Shown piece by piece: positions 1 through 12,961 of a DNA stretch of 64,000 nucleotides. Each line of letters starts with the position of its first letter. Positions within the stretch are counted from its first letter, which is position 1. Made by a program: the position numbers and the translations under genes. The notes beneath the pieces were generated by a model, which did not search any database, was not told the DNA's origin, and saw only the letters and a list, made by a program, of their open reading frames with translations. This stretch comes from Lama guanicoe (lineage: Eukaryota): positions 1,005,590 to 1,069,589 of the forward strand of contig MU053911.1 of NCBI GenBank assembly GCA_013239625.1, given 5' to 3'.

Positions 1-191
1 CCCTTGAGAGAAAGATGTCTGACTCCTAAGACATCCTCAAATGACAGTGGCTTCTCCCTAAGTGATGGGGAATTAGGAGGAACTGAGCCACTGCTCCGGT
101 GCCCCAGCAACAGGCAGCCCTTCCCGGCGGAAGGACCAGAAAAGGGAGCAGAGGAGGCAGAGCGTGTGCTCCATGGGGCTTGCACACTCAC

Positions 192-255
192 CCACGACGG
201 TCACGTTGCAGCTTAAGGTGATGGCGAGGAAGCCCAGCAGGTCCGGCCGGTCCAT
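192..255 (-). CDS. GJD4: Gap junction delta-4 (connexin 40.1/Cx39) coding exon 1; the rest of the gene lies beyond the left edge
   Basis: ATG at 255 gives MDRPDLLGFLAITLSCNVTVV+G, followed by a GTGAGT donor at 191-186. This closely resembles the recalled human GJD4 N-terminus (MEGVDLLGFLIITLNCNVTMVG). It is a 64-nt phase-1 exon, downstream of CCNY on the same strand. Confidence 0.9.
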
Positions 256-1734
256 GCTGCCAGCAGGCCCAGACTCCAGGCGGCCAGAGCCGGTGTTCTC
301 CAGGGAGGTGGGAGATCTTTGCAGGAACGAATGTATCTTAGCTACAGAGGACTTCCAGGTGAGAGCCGGCAACGTGAAAAGGCAGGGTCCAGCCCCGAAG
401 CGGGAGGTCAGCTCTTCCGTCTTCAAGTGGCGACGGCCCCGAGCTGTCTGAGGCTGAGCGTTCTTGACAACTGCAGTGACCAGAGGCCAGCCCGAGCCGC
501 CTCTCGCTGTGGCTATTCTTACCCTCTTGGGACATTCCAGGCCCCTGGCGGAGCACACATGTCCCCACCAGGAGAGCTGACCCTTCAGGCTATCATAGGA
601 GCAGCTACATTTAACCCAACGGGGAAAAGTCCTGCCAACCAGACTTGTCCACTTCCCTATTTAAAAAGAAAACATCCCCAGAACCGCTTCACTTGTGAAA
701 GAAATGCTAAAATGGCCATGTTTTGTCTCTTTTATGACGCATAACCCATCGTAACGGGAGCCCAGAAGAATCTGCGGTCGACCCTGAATTCCTGTACCAC
801 TGACGCCAGCGTGTCCCAAGGTCACACAGTCATTCTGCAGGTCTTTCTGTTCTGGGCTAGTGACAAGAGCCCTCCACTCAGAGACAAAAGGACCGGGTGC
901 AAACTGAGGGCAGCCACCTGGTCACCAGGGAGTCACTGAAGCTTCCTGAGAGCCTCGCCCTGCAGCAGGGCTGTGGGAGACAGACAGCGTGTAAAGAGCA
1001 CCTGGCACACAGTGGGTGTGCAAAACGCGAATCATTGGCTTTTCCACCCCTAACTGGCCCCCAGACACCTTCAGAGATTACGTCCTCCTGTTGCACCTTG
1101 CGGCCCCCTCGAGCTTCAGGCTGCTGCCACCACATCAGCTTAACAAATGTCAGCTAATTTGTCATAAAACACCACGGTGTGGGTCTGCCTACATCAGTCA
1201 CAGCTGCCTCGCGCTCTTCTCGGGGCCACCACCTTGCCATCTGGGAAGGGCCCGTCCTGCAAGGCTGGGGGCATCTATCCTCAGGGTGGAATTTGTGAAC
1301 TTTTAAAAGGAGTGATTTCAATTTCCCATGAAAGCCAGTCTTGATATCTTTTCTCCATTTCTGATCTATTCTTGACTCTAGTAATAACCCTAGAAAGATT
1401 CCCAGAGGAGGAACAACAAAGCCGCCTTCATCTTCATTCACACGACACATTTCCATCCCCGGAAAACATTCTGACCCCCTTGAAAGGAACGGTAGATTGG
1501 CTATATTTTAGTCAAATGCTTTGACATGAACAATGAAATCTGGAGAAACCGTAGTTTTGTTAAAATGTTGAAAGGGTCATTTCCAGGGTTCAAGTATCAA
1601 AGAAAGGAAAATATCCTCACTTCCTAACAGACCGTTCATGATATTGGCTGAAGACCTGAAATACTGGGAAAACCATGACTGAAGTTTGCTGGATGATGTA
1701 ACAGCCTAGCCTGAATGGGGATTCAAGTGGCATT

Positions 1735-1795
1735 TTGTGACCTTGAGCAAATAGCTAGAGCTTTGCATGCCTCAGTTTTCTCATCAGTGAAGTTA
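1735..1795 (+). mobile_element. MIR core fragment
   Basis: tgtgaccttgagcaa...gcctcagttttctcatc. Confidence 0.6.
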
Positions 1796-3615
1796 AAAAA
1801 AAAAAAAGGCTGTGCTCTGGGACAAGCAAAGTGAGACACAGACATGAAAACAACGGCTTAAAACATAAGGAATTCCACATGTGAGTGGCTGGCGTGTCTG
1901 GGGGTGGGAATGCAGCTCCCCTGGGTTCCCGCCCTTGGCCTCCCTCGGGGATGGAGCTGGGGAGGCAGGACCTGAAAATTGCAGGACAGTCACCAAATTC
2001 CTCTCCAAGTTCATGGTTTGCCCTTATTATTCTGGAAAAGTTAGTGGGAAATTGGAAAATAAAAGCAGAAGTGAGGGCTCTCATCAGCTTCGTGGGGTGG
2101 GGGTCACTGGCGGGGGTCACTGGACAGACCCAGAGGGCATATCTCTGGCCTCGTCTGAGAGTTCATGAGACTCCAGTCAGCTCAGTGCGTCCAGCCTCGA
2201 GGAGAAAGGTCAAGATGAAAAGGGCACGCTGGACACAAAATAGGTGTAAAGATTTCTTTTTAAAAACTCCAGAAACAGTGAGATGGTCTTGGTCTCTCTT
2301 GTGTTCACTGAACCAGCCTTGGCAGGAGGGCGCTGGCTGCGGGGAAAAGGACTTCGATTTTCCCTGCTCTGTTCTTTCTCTGGGTGAGTGGCACCACGAT
2401 CCATCTCACACCAGCCAAAACCCCAGGAATCAACTTGCTAGAGACACTTCTTACTTATTTCTGCATATTTCTTTATTGCTTCATGCTCTGCCGTGGCCCA
2501 TTGCCTCTGGGACCAGCTCCAGCAGCGCCCCCGACCCCCGCCATCCTGGCCCCCATCTGGGGGGCTCACCCTCCGCCCCTCTGTGTATCTCTGCCTATTC
2601 TCCACCACGAAACACTAGAAGGGGAATGAAGGAATCCCATCTATTTTAAAACTCACAACTGTTCAGCGCTAACCCTCCAAACATTCAAAGCGCTTTGACT
2701 GGGACCAAGTGATTAGCCCATTTTGTTGAAGGAAGGGTATTTTCGGAAGCCCCCGGTGGCGGTGTCTGGACCAGCAGGCGACAGTGAATTCATCTGGGAG
2801 CCCACGTCCTCCCTGCCCACCAGCGAGGCGAGAACAGGGGTCCCCTCAGCTGTGTCTGCAGGGCAAGTTTTCTCCTAAGGAGGAAGTTAAGGAAGAAGGG
2901 AACATGCATCCCATCAGGCAGGGCGGTTGGCACAGCCCGGACCCCGCAGGAGGCAGCCAGGCGGTGATGGAGACAGAGACAGCCCACAGAGCAGAAAGGC
3001 TGCGGGTGAGGGGAGGGGCGGAGCGTGAGGAGAGGGACAGGTGACAGCACAGGGGTGGATCAGGTGGCAAATGACCACTGGAACTGAAGGGTGAGGTCTG
3101 GGCAGGGGCAGGGGCCCCACAGGGACAAAACACCGCCTTCCCTGGAGCTAGCACACCAGGGCCGGTTGCACGTGTCCTCCTGTGATGGCATGAGGTCACC
3201 CCACTGGTGATGGAGGGGCTGGAACTGAACCCAGGGCCTGACATCAAAGCTCTTCACCCAGCAGCCCTCCGCATCTGGGAGATGAATTCTGGGAGGGTGC
3301 GGGGCTACTAAAAAGTCTGGTTTTCCAAAGAAGGTGCTGGAGCCCTTCGGGAAAAGAGTGAGGGTTTCATCCACAGTGACATACTGATGTCTCCTCCGTG
3401 CCGGACACTGGGCCAGGACAAAGGACATAGGGGAGTAAGACACAGCCTGTCCTTCAAGGAGAGGGTGGCAGACAAGTCCATTCCCACCCACAAAAAACAC
3501 TGGCCAGCCTTCTAGACCCTGAGAGACCTAAGGCCCGGTCAGGTAGCAGTGATGGAAGATGAGGGCTGTGAGAGAGATGCCAAGGGGGTGTGCAGGACAG
3601 AAGGAAGATCTGCAG

Positions 3616-3825
3616 TGTCTGCATGTGTTTGTGTATGTGAGTGTGTGTGCACTATGTGCATTTGTGTGCATGTGTGTGCGTGTTTGCATGCATGCACGTG
3701 AGAGTGTGTGCATGTGCGTGCAAGTGTTGCATGTGTGCAGGTATGTGCATGTGTGTGCGCACATGAGTGTGGACATGATTGTGTGCACGTGTGTGTGTGC
3801 ATGTGAGAACGTGTGTGCATGCACC
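3616..3825. repeat. Degenerate (TG)n/(TGCA)n microsatellite
   Basis: About 200 bp of alternating purine-pyrimidine sequence. Confidence 0.9.
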
Positions 3826-4974
3826 CGAGAGTGAGGCACGTTACAGACGCGGAGCGTCATGATGTCTCGTCACTGCCTCAGACCAGTGGTGCAGGTGCGA
3901 GGCTGGGATTCTGTCCCAGTTAACCGGTCCCGAGGCCCTGGTCTGCGCACCTGACACGGAGATGGGAGCACCTGGGGGCCGGGGACGCTCCCACACTCAG
4001 CTGAGACTGGAAGGAACGTATCTCCGGGCCTCTGTGCTCCTTCCTGGAGCCAGCGAGCTCGGAGGTTCGTTGGCCAGCTACTTTCATCTTTCTTGGAAAG
4101 AAGGGGCATCAGTAAGTTAGGGGTGATCATTTATTAAAAGGTGATGAAGAGCCCCGCCCCGTGTTCGCCGAGTTTGGATTTAAGGAAGGGCTCTTTCCAG
4201 TCTAATCCATCCTAATCCCATGCTGCCCCCAGGCAGTGTCCTTGGGGAACATGACTGAATTTTAAAAGATTAAGTTGCATGTATTAGGTGGATACTGAAG
4301 AATGATATTTTTCCCGAGGAGTGGCCCCTGTCTCATCTTAAGTGGGGCTTTACCGGCTTAACTAAACGAAATGAGTGTGAATCATCCGGAGAACGAATCC
4401 TTTTTTCCTTTGTTGTAAGCGTTCTCCTTGGGTGAGGGCACTGCTCCGTGGGCGTGAGAACGGGGGAAAGCACTGGCCTCTAGAGGCCGTCACAGCCTTG
4501 CTGGGCGCCCAGACCTCAGCTCGGCCTCACGTCGTGTTAGCAGCGACCCTCCTCCAGGGTCTGGCTCCACGGGCTCCAGTGGAACCTGGGGGGGGGGTCA
4601 CATCGCCACTTGGGCACAGCGGGGATGACTGAGCAGTTACGCGGCATTTTAAGGCCGAGCGTTCGTACCCCGAGACGGAAGACAGCCAACAAGAGCTTAA
4701 CGATGCTTTGATTCAAAAGTTGAAAGGCAGACGTTTAAGGAAAACGCATAAGACGTATCTTTTAATCCTTCCATCTGCGTGTGGGTTCTGTATTTCAGGC
4801 CCATTGTGTTAGCTCTTTGAGGTCAAAGCCAACTTTGTTCAGCTGTTTCCCTGTCCCCTCCTCCACCCCGCACAACGCCCCAGGATATGTCACTTACTCA
4901 ATACATGTGTGGTGACGAAGAGGCCCTTGCAGATGCCTGTGTAGTATTTTCCTGTTTAAATTGTGAACAGCAGC

Positions 4975-5088
4975 TACACACTGCGGTGAGAACTGTGAAA
5001 CAGAACATACACGCGTGCGGCTGAATCACGGCGCTGCGCTCCTGAAATTAACACGTCGGAAATGGACTGTATTTCAATCAGAGATGTG
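4975..5088 (+). mobile_element. Short L1 3' end
   Basis: ctgaatcac...gctg...gaaattaacac...gactgtatttcaat. Confidence 0.6.
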
Positions 5089-5767
5089 AAGAGCAGCAGC
5101 TACAGACGTCACTCTTCCCTGGCTGACTGGTGTCACGCGATGTGAGGGCTTGTCGTCAGATGCACACGCTTTAAGATTTGTGCGTCTTCTGGATGAACCG
5201 ACCCTTTATCGTTACGACATGTTCCCCTTCGTCTCCCATAATATCCTTGTCCTGAAGTCTGTTTCCCTGAAGTCAGTGCAGCCTCCTCGGATCTGTTCTC
5301 CCTTAAATTCCTGAGTGTATTTAGAATAACTGGTCTTCAAGGCCTGTCTGCTAGTTCCCTCAGCTGGAGCTACTATTCCTGGGCCTCTCGAAACTGACTT
5401 TTCTCACCACTGTGAGTCAAATCTCCCTGTTCCCCGCAAGTCTAGTTATTTTATTGACTGCTGGACACTGTGTGTTACCTTGGAGAATGTATGGATTTTA
5501 TCTTCCTTCAGAAGGTTGTGAGTTTTGACTGGACAGGCAGCTGATCCTCCTGAGGCTTCTTTGACACTTTGCCAGAGCGGATCGGGTCTGGCCCTGCCGC
5601 TGTGGCTCTGCATTTCCAGAGCCTTTCCCGAATCCCTGGGTGTGTAACCAGCTGTCTTCACTCTGGCTACCAGGAGCTTCAGTGTCGCACTGCCCTCTGA
5701 GACCTGGGAATTGTGCAGCTTGAAAAGCTCCCCTGAAGTTGTGCATTTCCTGACTGTGGAGTTTCTC

Positions 5768-5988
5768 TTTTTTTTAAAAAAAAATTATTTTAAATTGAAG
5801 TTCAGTTGATTTATGGCGCGGTGTCAGTTTCTGGTGTACAGCGTGGTGGTTCAGTCACACACGTTCACGCATGTACTTTTCATCACAGGTTACTAGCGGC
5901 CCCTGAGCGCAGCTCCCTGGGCCGGACAGCAGGGCCTTGCTGTCTGCCCGTTCCGCACACAGTAGTGTGTACCCGCCAGCCCCAAACC
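5768..5988 (-). mobile_element. Cetartiodactyl-type L1 3' end, strongly GC-shifted
   Basis: Poly(T), then ttaaattgaagt...tttctggtgtacagc...ttcagt...tccctg...ccttg...cccaaac, collinear with the recalled L1 3' consensus. Confidence 0.8.
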
Positions 5989-8900
5989 ACGTGGGGTTTT
6001 TCCCTCTACATGTCCAGCGTGGTATTCAGCCAAAGACTCCGGGAAACTTCTGTGCCAGTTTCTGGGTTCTGCGTAGCTTCCTCTCCTGTGGTGTCTTGCC
6101 ACGCCCTCCAACTGAGTCAGTCTCCCCAGACACTAATGTCTTCCCAACTCAGCAAGGCCTCCACACTCTGCTGGGTTCCCCAGGGAGCAGCATTTGTCTG
6201 TCTTATTTTGGGCGCAGTGGGGGGAAGCGCCTATTCAGCAAAAAGCCTCAGCAATGAGCCGAGCAGGCTGAGCATTACAGGGCGTCTCCCAGGACGGTTT
6301 GCTACCATTTTTCAGGGACAACCAGAGTCTAAAACTAGTCATTTCCTGTGTCTCCTTCCTTCTTGTTAAACTGGAACACTGAGGCAGACCAGGGGCTGAA
6401 GGCGCGGAAGGATGCCCCGAAGGACAGCTGCTTCAAAGCGGCCGCTGGAAGCAGGTCACGTGAGCGGCGAGCATGGGCTCCTGACCCCGGCTGCGGGGAC
6501 ACTGTCTCCCTCTGCTGCTGAGGAAGGAACAGCCTTCCCGAAAGAATGACTTCAGGCAAGAACCTCCTTTCTCTGTCAGGAGGAGTGCTTCCTGCGTGGT
6601 CCACCCCCTACCCTGGTCCGTGAAGGTGGCCCAGAAGGAGGAGTCCCTCCCGTGGGAGCCCAGGGCTGGAGACAGAGTCAGAAATCCTCCAGCAGAGAGG
6701 TCTGCGCCCCGGAGACATTGCCTCGATTCCTCAGCGGGTTCCCACCTTGACCACCTGTGTCACAGGGTCCCACTGAAGGCAGCTTCCCTCCTTGATGCAG
6801 GTGAGTCCTCTGTGCAAGGACTTGGTGATGCAGACACAGGGAGAAGCTGCCACCCCCACCCCGACCCCCGCTCCCTGACTTTGACATTCTACTCCCCTCT
6901 GTCCTCAGTCATCGTCCTTTCCCGGTGCAGCTGCCCATTTGCACCTGGCGACTTCCTCAAGCCTCCTATGCTAACTCGACTTGGGGCATGTGCCTCACGT
7001 TGGCAACATTACACAGCCCTTTTCCGCAGGACACGGTGGGATGCTGGAGTGGTCACTTCAATGCCAGTCGCTTGGGCCTCCAGGGCCTGGTGAGGCTCCC
7101 ACAGTAGCGGGCAGAAAAACCAGAGAGGTGTGACGACAAAGCCGCCTTGAATTCCCAGGGAGGTGACTAGCACAAGTGACTCAGCACCCACAAAGCTGGT
7201 GCGTCTAAATCCAGCCCTTGTCTGTGCCCCTGAACATCCGGCCTTGGGCTGGGGTGGGGGTGGGCCCCCACAAACCAGCTGCCATCCTGGCGATCTGGTG
7301 CTCCAGGAATTACGGGACACCTTCCCACTGACGGGTGACCCTCGTGGCCATAAAATTTCCCAAGGAGCACCGAGTCATCAAGCCAGTCCACCCAGAGCTG
7401 GTCCCGCTGGTCCTGGCAGCAGCCCAATATCCATCCCCATAACAAGGACAGGCTTCATATTCTGCCCGGGGCACGAGGGACATGTGAGTCCACGCTCCTG
7501 TCATGTCAGAACCACCATCCAGACCAGAGCAGTGCAGCTGTCCCAGGGTGGGGGCCCGGGTTTTGGTCCTGACCGATCCCACAGTGCACCGTGCCTGGAG
7601 GGTCACAGGTGCCCGGCGTGTCAACTAACTTAGTGGACAGACAACCTCCAGTCCAGACTGCGGGCCAGGCCGCGAAGACCCACCTGGGCATCACGGGGGA
7701 AGCCTGCCTCGTGAACGTCTGACCAGTGAAGGCACACAGCCCTCGCTAGCTCCATCAGCCCGCAGGCATGGAGGCGGGACTGTGCCCCCCACGCCGGGTT
7801 TATCCCGCGCACCAGGGGTGTGCGGGGCACCGCAGAGCCGCTACCACCCCTCCACCCATCCACTCAGCTCTTCCCTGGTCCCCGCTGGTCCTGAAATCCA
7901 CTGCAAGGCCCTTCCCTCCCCACCTGCTCTGGCCCAAGGGGCTCTCCCCAGACCTCTTCCATGGAGACCCCACTCACAGGTGCCCTCCACCGCCAGCCTC
8001 ACACGACCGACCCGAGGCCGGAGCGTGCTGACACACTTACCTACTGCCCACCTGCCAGCAGAGCACCCGGCGCAGGGCTGTGCCCGGGTCCTGGCTTAGT
8101 CCCCGGGTCCTGGCTTAGTCCCCATCTTGCAGACGGCTTCCGGCACAGTCCCTGCTCCGTGGGATAGCCTGTGCGCTAAAGCCTCGTGCACGACTGCTCG
8201 TTGTGGAACCAACACACGGTTCCTAGATAATGCTCCAGGGTAGAAATTTTGTTTTCAGTTGTGTTTACACTCACGAGGCTATGCTCTTTGCAGGATGCTG
8301 CCGGGAACCAGGGCCAGGAGCTGACAACACGGGGGCCTGATTTACCCGCTGCTGCTCCCTCTGTGGAGTGGGCCCTAGCTCTCTTGGTCCCCCTAAACAC
8401 CAGTCCTCACACAGACCCAAGTGCTGGTGACCTGCACGTGACAGGAGAGGAGGAGGGAAGCCCTCGCCCAGGGCGGGCCCCCAAGCTCCCTGTTGGCAGG
8501 TCTAAGGAAGACAAGCATCACTCGGGGGTTAGGGGGGCCCTTCTCATGACAGAACCATCCGGGGAGGACTCCTACACCCAACTTCACTAGTTCAAGACCT
8601 CCAGGGTCTGTCACTGAGGACAAGAACCACAAGGTCCAGCAAAGCCCAGCTAGAGGCCAAGCCGAGACTCAGGTGCATCCGGAGAGACCCAGGAAGGACG
8701 CAGGTGAACAGGGATGCCCACGCCCTCCTCCTGGACAGCTGTGCCTGCCGATGGCCACTCTGCGTGGGAGGGGACTCTGAAGACACAACCCATCTCCCCC
8801 GGGGAAGCTCACAGTTTAGCTCAAACTTGTCTTTCGGTGGGTCCAGCCTCCCTACTTCCAAGCAGAGCAGCATCCAACAATCGTGATGCAAGAATGGCCG

Positions 8901-10087
8901 AGCAGTGTTCAGAAACAGGGACAGGCGGTGGAAACACAAGCAAGCACATCTCGGCCAGCCAAGCCCACTGCATGATCAGAGAGGTCAAGTGGTTTGTCCA
9001 AGGTCATAAAGCAAGTTAATTTGGGGCTGAGACATAACCCGAGGTCCTATGACGATACAGGTCAGTACCAATGTTAACATAACATTACACCTGAATTACA
9101 TCTAATATTTTTGTCCAAAACGGCAGTTCTTTTGGAATGCCATTCCTTTCTCCTGCTTTCCACTTAAACACAGTTCTTGAAAGGAGTGAGGCTCTCTCCA
9201 CAGGCGGAGGCCCTAGAGGACACAGAAAGCTCACGGGCCCATCCAGTAAGACACCATGTCTGGGCTGCTTCTTACAGGAACGGTTTCCAGAACATTCCTC
9301 CCAGACCCACGATGGCCAGTGTGGGAGCCGGGACCACCTGGGCGCCGACCCACTGCCCAAACTCGGCGTGACACAGAAACACGGGCGCCTCCTGTGGCCC
9401 CTTCCAGACAGAGAGAGCCTTCTCTAACGGAAAGTGACAGCTGCCCTCGAGCAGCTCCAGACATGCAAATGGCAAGAAAACCTGCCAGAAGGAGGTGCAT
9501 CCAGAAGTGGCTGACCCGGTCCAGTCTCAGTCTGGCAACTGCTGGGCCCAAGCATGTCTCCCTAATGCGGACGAGGGCTGCCAGGCACCCGGGGACCACG
9601 TGTCTTCCAGGCGTGGCCTTCGGGGCTGTGAGCACGGCGTTCCTTGCAGCCCATGGAGCTTGAAGAGGAATCCCGAATCAGTTCTCCAGCATCCTTTCCC
9701 CATCACTTGATGGTCTGCTACTTCCTCCTCCCTCCCACAAGGGCGGGGCTACAGGCTGGCCTCCAAGTCTCTAAGATGCACCAACCTGAGTCTTAAAAAG
9801 CCGACTCCAGCGAAGTCAAGGGACTGTGGATGAAACAGGTCATCACAACACAGTGACCAGCTCTGGCTGGCCTCTAAGAGGCCTCAGGCCCCTGTGGACC
9901 ACTCGGGACTCCAGAATCCATGACACTTTCCCACCACCCTCGAAAAGAATGGGTTCACTCAGCATCCTGTTCAATTTTATCTCAATGTAATTTTTAAAAA
10001 ACGCAGCAGGAAAACAGGCACTATTTGTTGTACGTATTTATTTATTTATTTATTTAACACGTGTGAGTACCTGCAATGGAATTGTAT

Positions 10088-10093
10088 TTTATT
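10088..10093 (-). terminator. Distal polyadenylation signal AATAAA
   Basis: tttatt on the + strand at the end of the AT-rich UTR block; further hexamers in the (TTTA)n tract at ~10036-10055. Confidence 0.65.
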
Positions 10094-11962
10094 GTTTAAA
10101 AAAGGCAAAGCTGTAAAATATGGCCCCAGGTGAGGTTACCAAAAGCAGCCAGAAAGGATGAAAATCACTCACTCCCCAGATTCTGCTCTGCGGCTCAGCT
10201 GGGGAGCAAAACCCCCAGAACGGAGGGACACCCTAAGATGGAGATGGCTCTGCCGGAGACCAGGAGGAGCCAGACAGCAGCCCCACCCGGCGCACGAAGG
10301 CACGGGGCGCATCTGGGGCCCTGGCAGGGCCCACACCTTGCCCTCCAATTTGGTTCCAAATCCCCGACTTCTCCCCCTTCTCCCAGTTAGAAAATTAACG
10401 AATGAAACAAACCACAAAGGAGGAGTTCATCGGGATGTGTACTTACTCTCCCGATGACTTTATCTGCACTTGCAGTCAAATCTAAAATCAAAGTCAATAA
10501 ATTGTGTGGTTTTCTTTGTCCTTCATTAATGATGAAAACTGTTCATTCAAAAACTACACTAAGACAATGTATTCCTAAAGAGCAATCCAGCTTTAATCGC
10601 AGGGCATGAATCATCTTACAGACAAATTATATCACGGTGATTTATCACTGGTACCGTACTGGGTTATTGTTGGGTTTTTTGGGGGTTTGTTTTTTTTTGG
10701 GGGGGGGGTTGTTTTTCAGCAAACTTAGAACAAACCAGAGAACAAAATGTTAAGTTTTCATCATCATGTAGAAAAATAAGAAAAACAAACCTAAAGTGTC
10801 TACCTTTGTGTTGAGTGATTCACACTGCAAAAGTAAAACTGAAAACTACACTTACAGCAGAGTTTTAAAATACTCAGTGCAAGAAACACAGTCAGTCAAC
10901 ACAGATCACTGCTCACTGACGAATTCGGAAAGTTCTCCTATACAGAGGTAGAGTCCAGCACGCAAGGCTAAAACAATACTCAGCAGTCTACACAAGGCTG
11001 AGTCAGGTTTTCTGGGGTCCACTTTAAATTTTAAGTCATCAGACTGTGTGTACATCTGTACAATAAATAGACTATACAATTTTTTAAAGTAGTTTAATAA
11101 ACTCCACAAAATAATAGCAGATGCATTGAAATATTTACATAATTCAATTTTCAAATCTCTCTCATTCAAATAAAAGGGATAAAAATAAGATTTCTGCTTA
11201 AAGGCAGCAGAACCTCTTTCCAAATGGGTCGGTGAAGTAAGCTACTTTACATGGGAGGAACTAACTCATGTCTGAGAGGTATTCATATTCAGCTAAGAAA
11301 ATATGTCCCTTTTTAAGCTCTATAGATTAGGGAATATAAAATGATACTTTCTACATTTTTGATCTCCATTTAAGTTCTAAATCCAACTCCCACTTGAAGA
11401 GAGAAGCTGATTTTGGAACCCACACAGAGAATGTCAACACAATTACAATGGAAACGCGATCAACTCTCTATATTCTGCTTGTTTGCCTTTCAGAGTTTAA
11501 GCCAGGAGGAACCTGACGGTATTTCTGGCCCAAACGGTTGACACGTGATACAACGTGGGACTCTGACCAGTACGTGGCTTGGTGTTTCCGGGTTTCAACC
11601 TTCCAAGTTCTCCACCAACACTGCACGTCTGTGGGGAGCAGGGTACGCGCTCGGGCACACACCAGGGAGTAGGACGCCAAGTTCTCCAGCTCCACAGGAG
11701 GGAGGGGACACCGGTCATCTGCGCGATTCACCCGCGAGACTCCGCGAAGGGAAACCTAAGGAACCTGTCACTGTGACCAGAGGAAACATGCAAAACGCCG
11801 AGCGTGTGAGACCCAGACTCCGAGACTTGACAGGAAACTCCACCACCAACCCTTTAAAGTCACTGGGTAGAAAAGCCTCACCTAAAAGGAAACCGGGGGC
11901 AGGCATAATGGAAGAATTCCGTGACTGCGCTAAGCACCCACGATGCAAATGCAAGTTGAGTT

Positions 11963-11968
11963 TTTATT
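11963..11968 (-). terminator. Candidate proximal polyadenylation signal AATAAA
   Basis: tttatt on the + strand; a second candidate lies at 12325-12330. Confidence 0.45.
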
Positions 11969-12844
11969 CAATCGTTCTGTGAAAAATACCTCGGGAAACA
12001 CGGGCATCTTTCCCTTCAATGACCTTTCCCTGGATACCCGCCCCCACCCCGTTTTTTTTAATTTCAGATTTTTAAAAAATGTTATACAAATAGACTAACT
12101 CTGATTTAAAGTAAACATATAAAAATCGGGGGACTATTGCTTGCACGGCGGGCGTGGGGGCGCAGGGGCGGGCTGGGCAGGGCGGCGGGGACCGCTCCAG
12201 GGGGCGGAGCGGAGGGGGTCCGGTTCCACAGCGAAGGTGCGCAGGCCGCGCGAGCGCTCCCAGGGCGGAAGAAAGCTCAGCAGACAGCGCGCGGGGCGGG
12301 CGCGCAGAGAACAAGCCGGCGCTATTTATTCGTGTCTGTGCCTGGTTGGTACAAACCATGCTCTCTGCTCTGTGGGCCCGAAACGCAGACAGGATAACAC
12401 GAACAAAGATCCCCCCACACCTCGAGAAGCAGCAAGAAGGAATGCAAGACATCTCAGGACGTACTGGTCCGGGTGGTGACCGGCGCTCGCCTTTAATGCG
12501 CATCCAACCTGGTCCTCTCCGCGGGCCTTCCCGCCTCCGCCTACCGTGGACCTCGCCCTCGAACTCGGGGCTGAAAAGCGGCCAAGCCCCTCTCCCTGCC
12601 TCCGCGCGACGCCCCAGTCCCTCCTCCAGGGTCAGAGTCTCTGCTCCACGAGGAGGTGCCGGTGCCGGCCCCGGCCACTGGGAACCCCGGGGCGCGCGGA
12701 GGCGGTCATCAAGGCAGCCTGGCGGCACAAGGACCTCACAAAGGAGCCAAAAGGAGAAACCACACCAGCCACCCCAGGTCTGTCTCTGCTCCAACTAGAG
12801 GAGAAGCTGCGGGATGGCACGGCCTCCAGCGCGGACGCCCACGG

Positions 12845-12961
12845 TTAGGAGATGATGGCCGGGGACCACCGGGGCAGAGTCAGATTGTCAGCACTCGCTG
12901 ACCGCTTCCTCGTGGGCCTCCGTAGGTCCTTGTACTTGTCCTCGCACAGGCGAGAGATGGC
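12845..12961 (-). CDS. CCNY: CCNY exon 10 coding part ([38 protein letters not shown])
   Basis: Acceptor ctgcAG; TAA at 12847-12845; retains the Ser326 RSASAD motif. Confidence 0.97.
   Translation of the reverse strand, partial: AISRLCEDKYKDLRRPTRKRSASADNLTLPRWSPAIIS

Larger units (their letters stand above)
10070..12844 (-). other. CCNY: CCNY 3'UTR (~2.8 kb): GC-rich proximal part, AT-rich distal part
   Basis: Follows the stop codon, contains no recognisable repeats, and ends near an AATAAA at 10093-10088. The end position is inferred. Confidence 0.7.

Noticed and set aside
256..558. In-frame N-terminal extension of GJD4
   Set aside because: The ORF begins at a GTG, the nearby ATG at 560 is out of frame, and connexin homology starts at Met 255.
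650..2650. MEF2-like sites upstream of GJD4 (e.g. ~657, ~1501, ~2641)
   Set aside because: Only near-matches to YTAWWWWTAR; not supportable without conservation data.
3528..3860. His/Thr/Cys-rich ORFs
   Set aside because: Translations of the (TG)n microsatellite.
4975..5988. Inverted L1 ends forming a functional hairpin
   Set aside because: Too diverged and short to pair stably; most simply two independent insertions.
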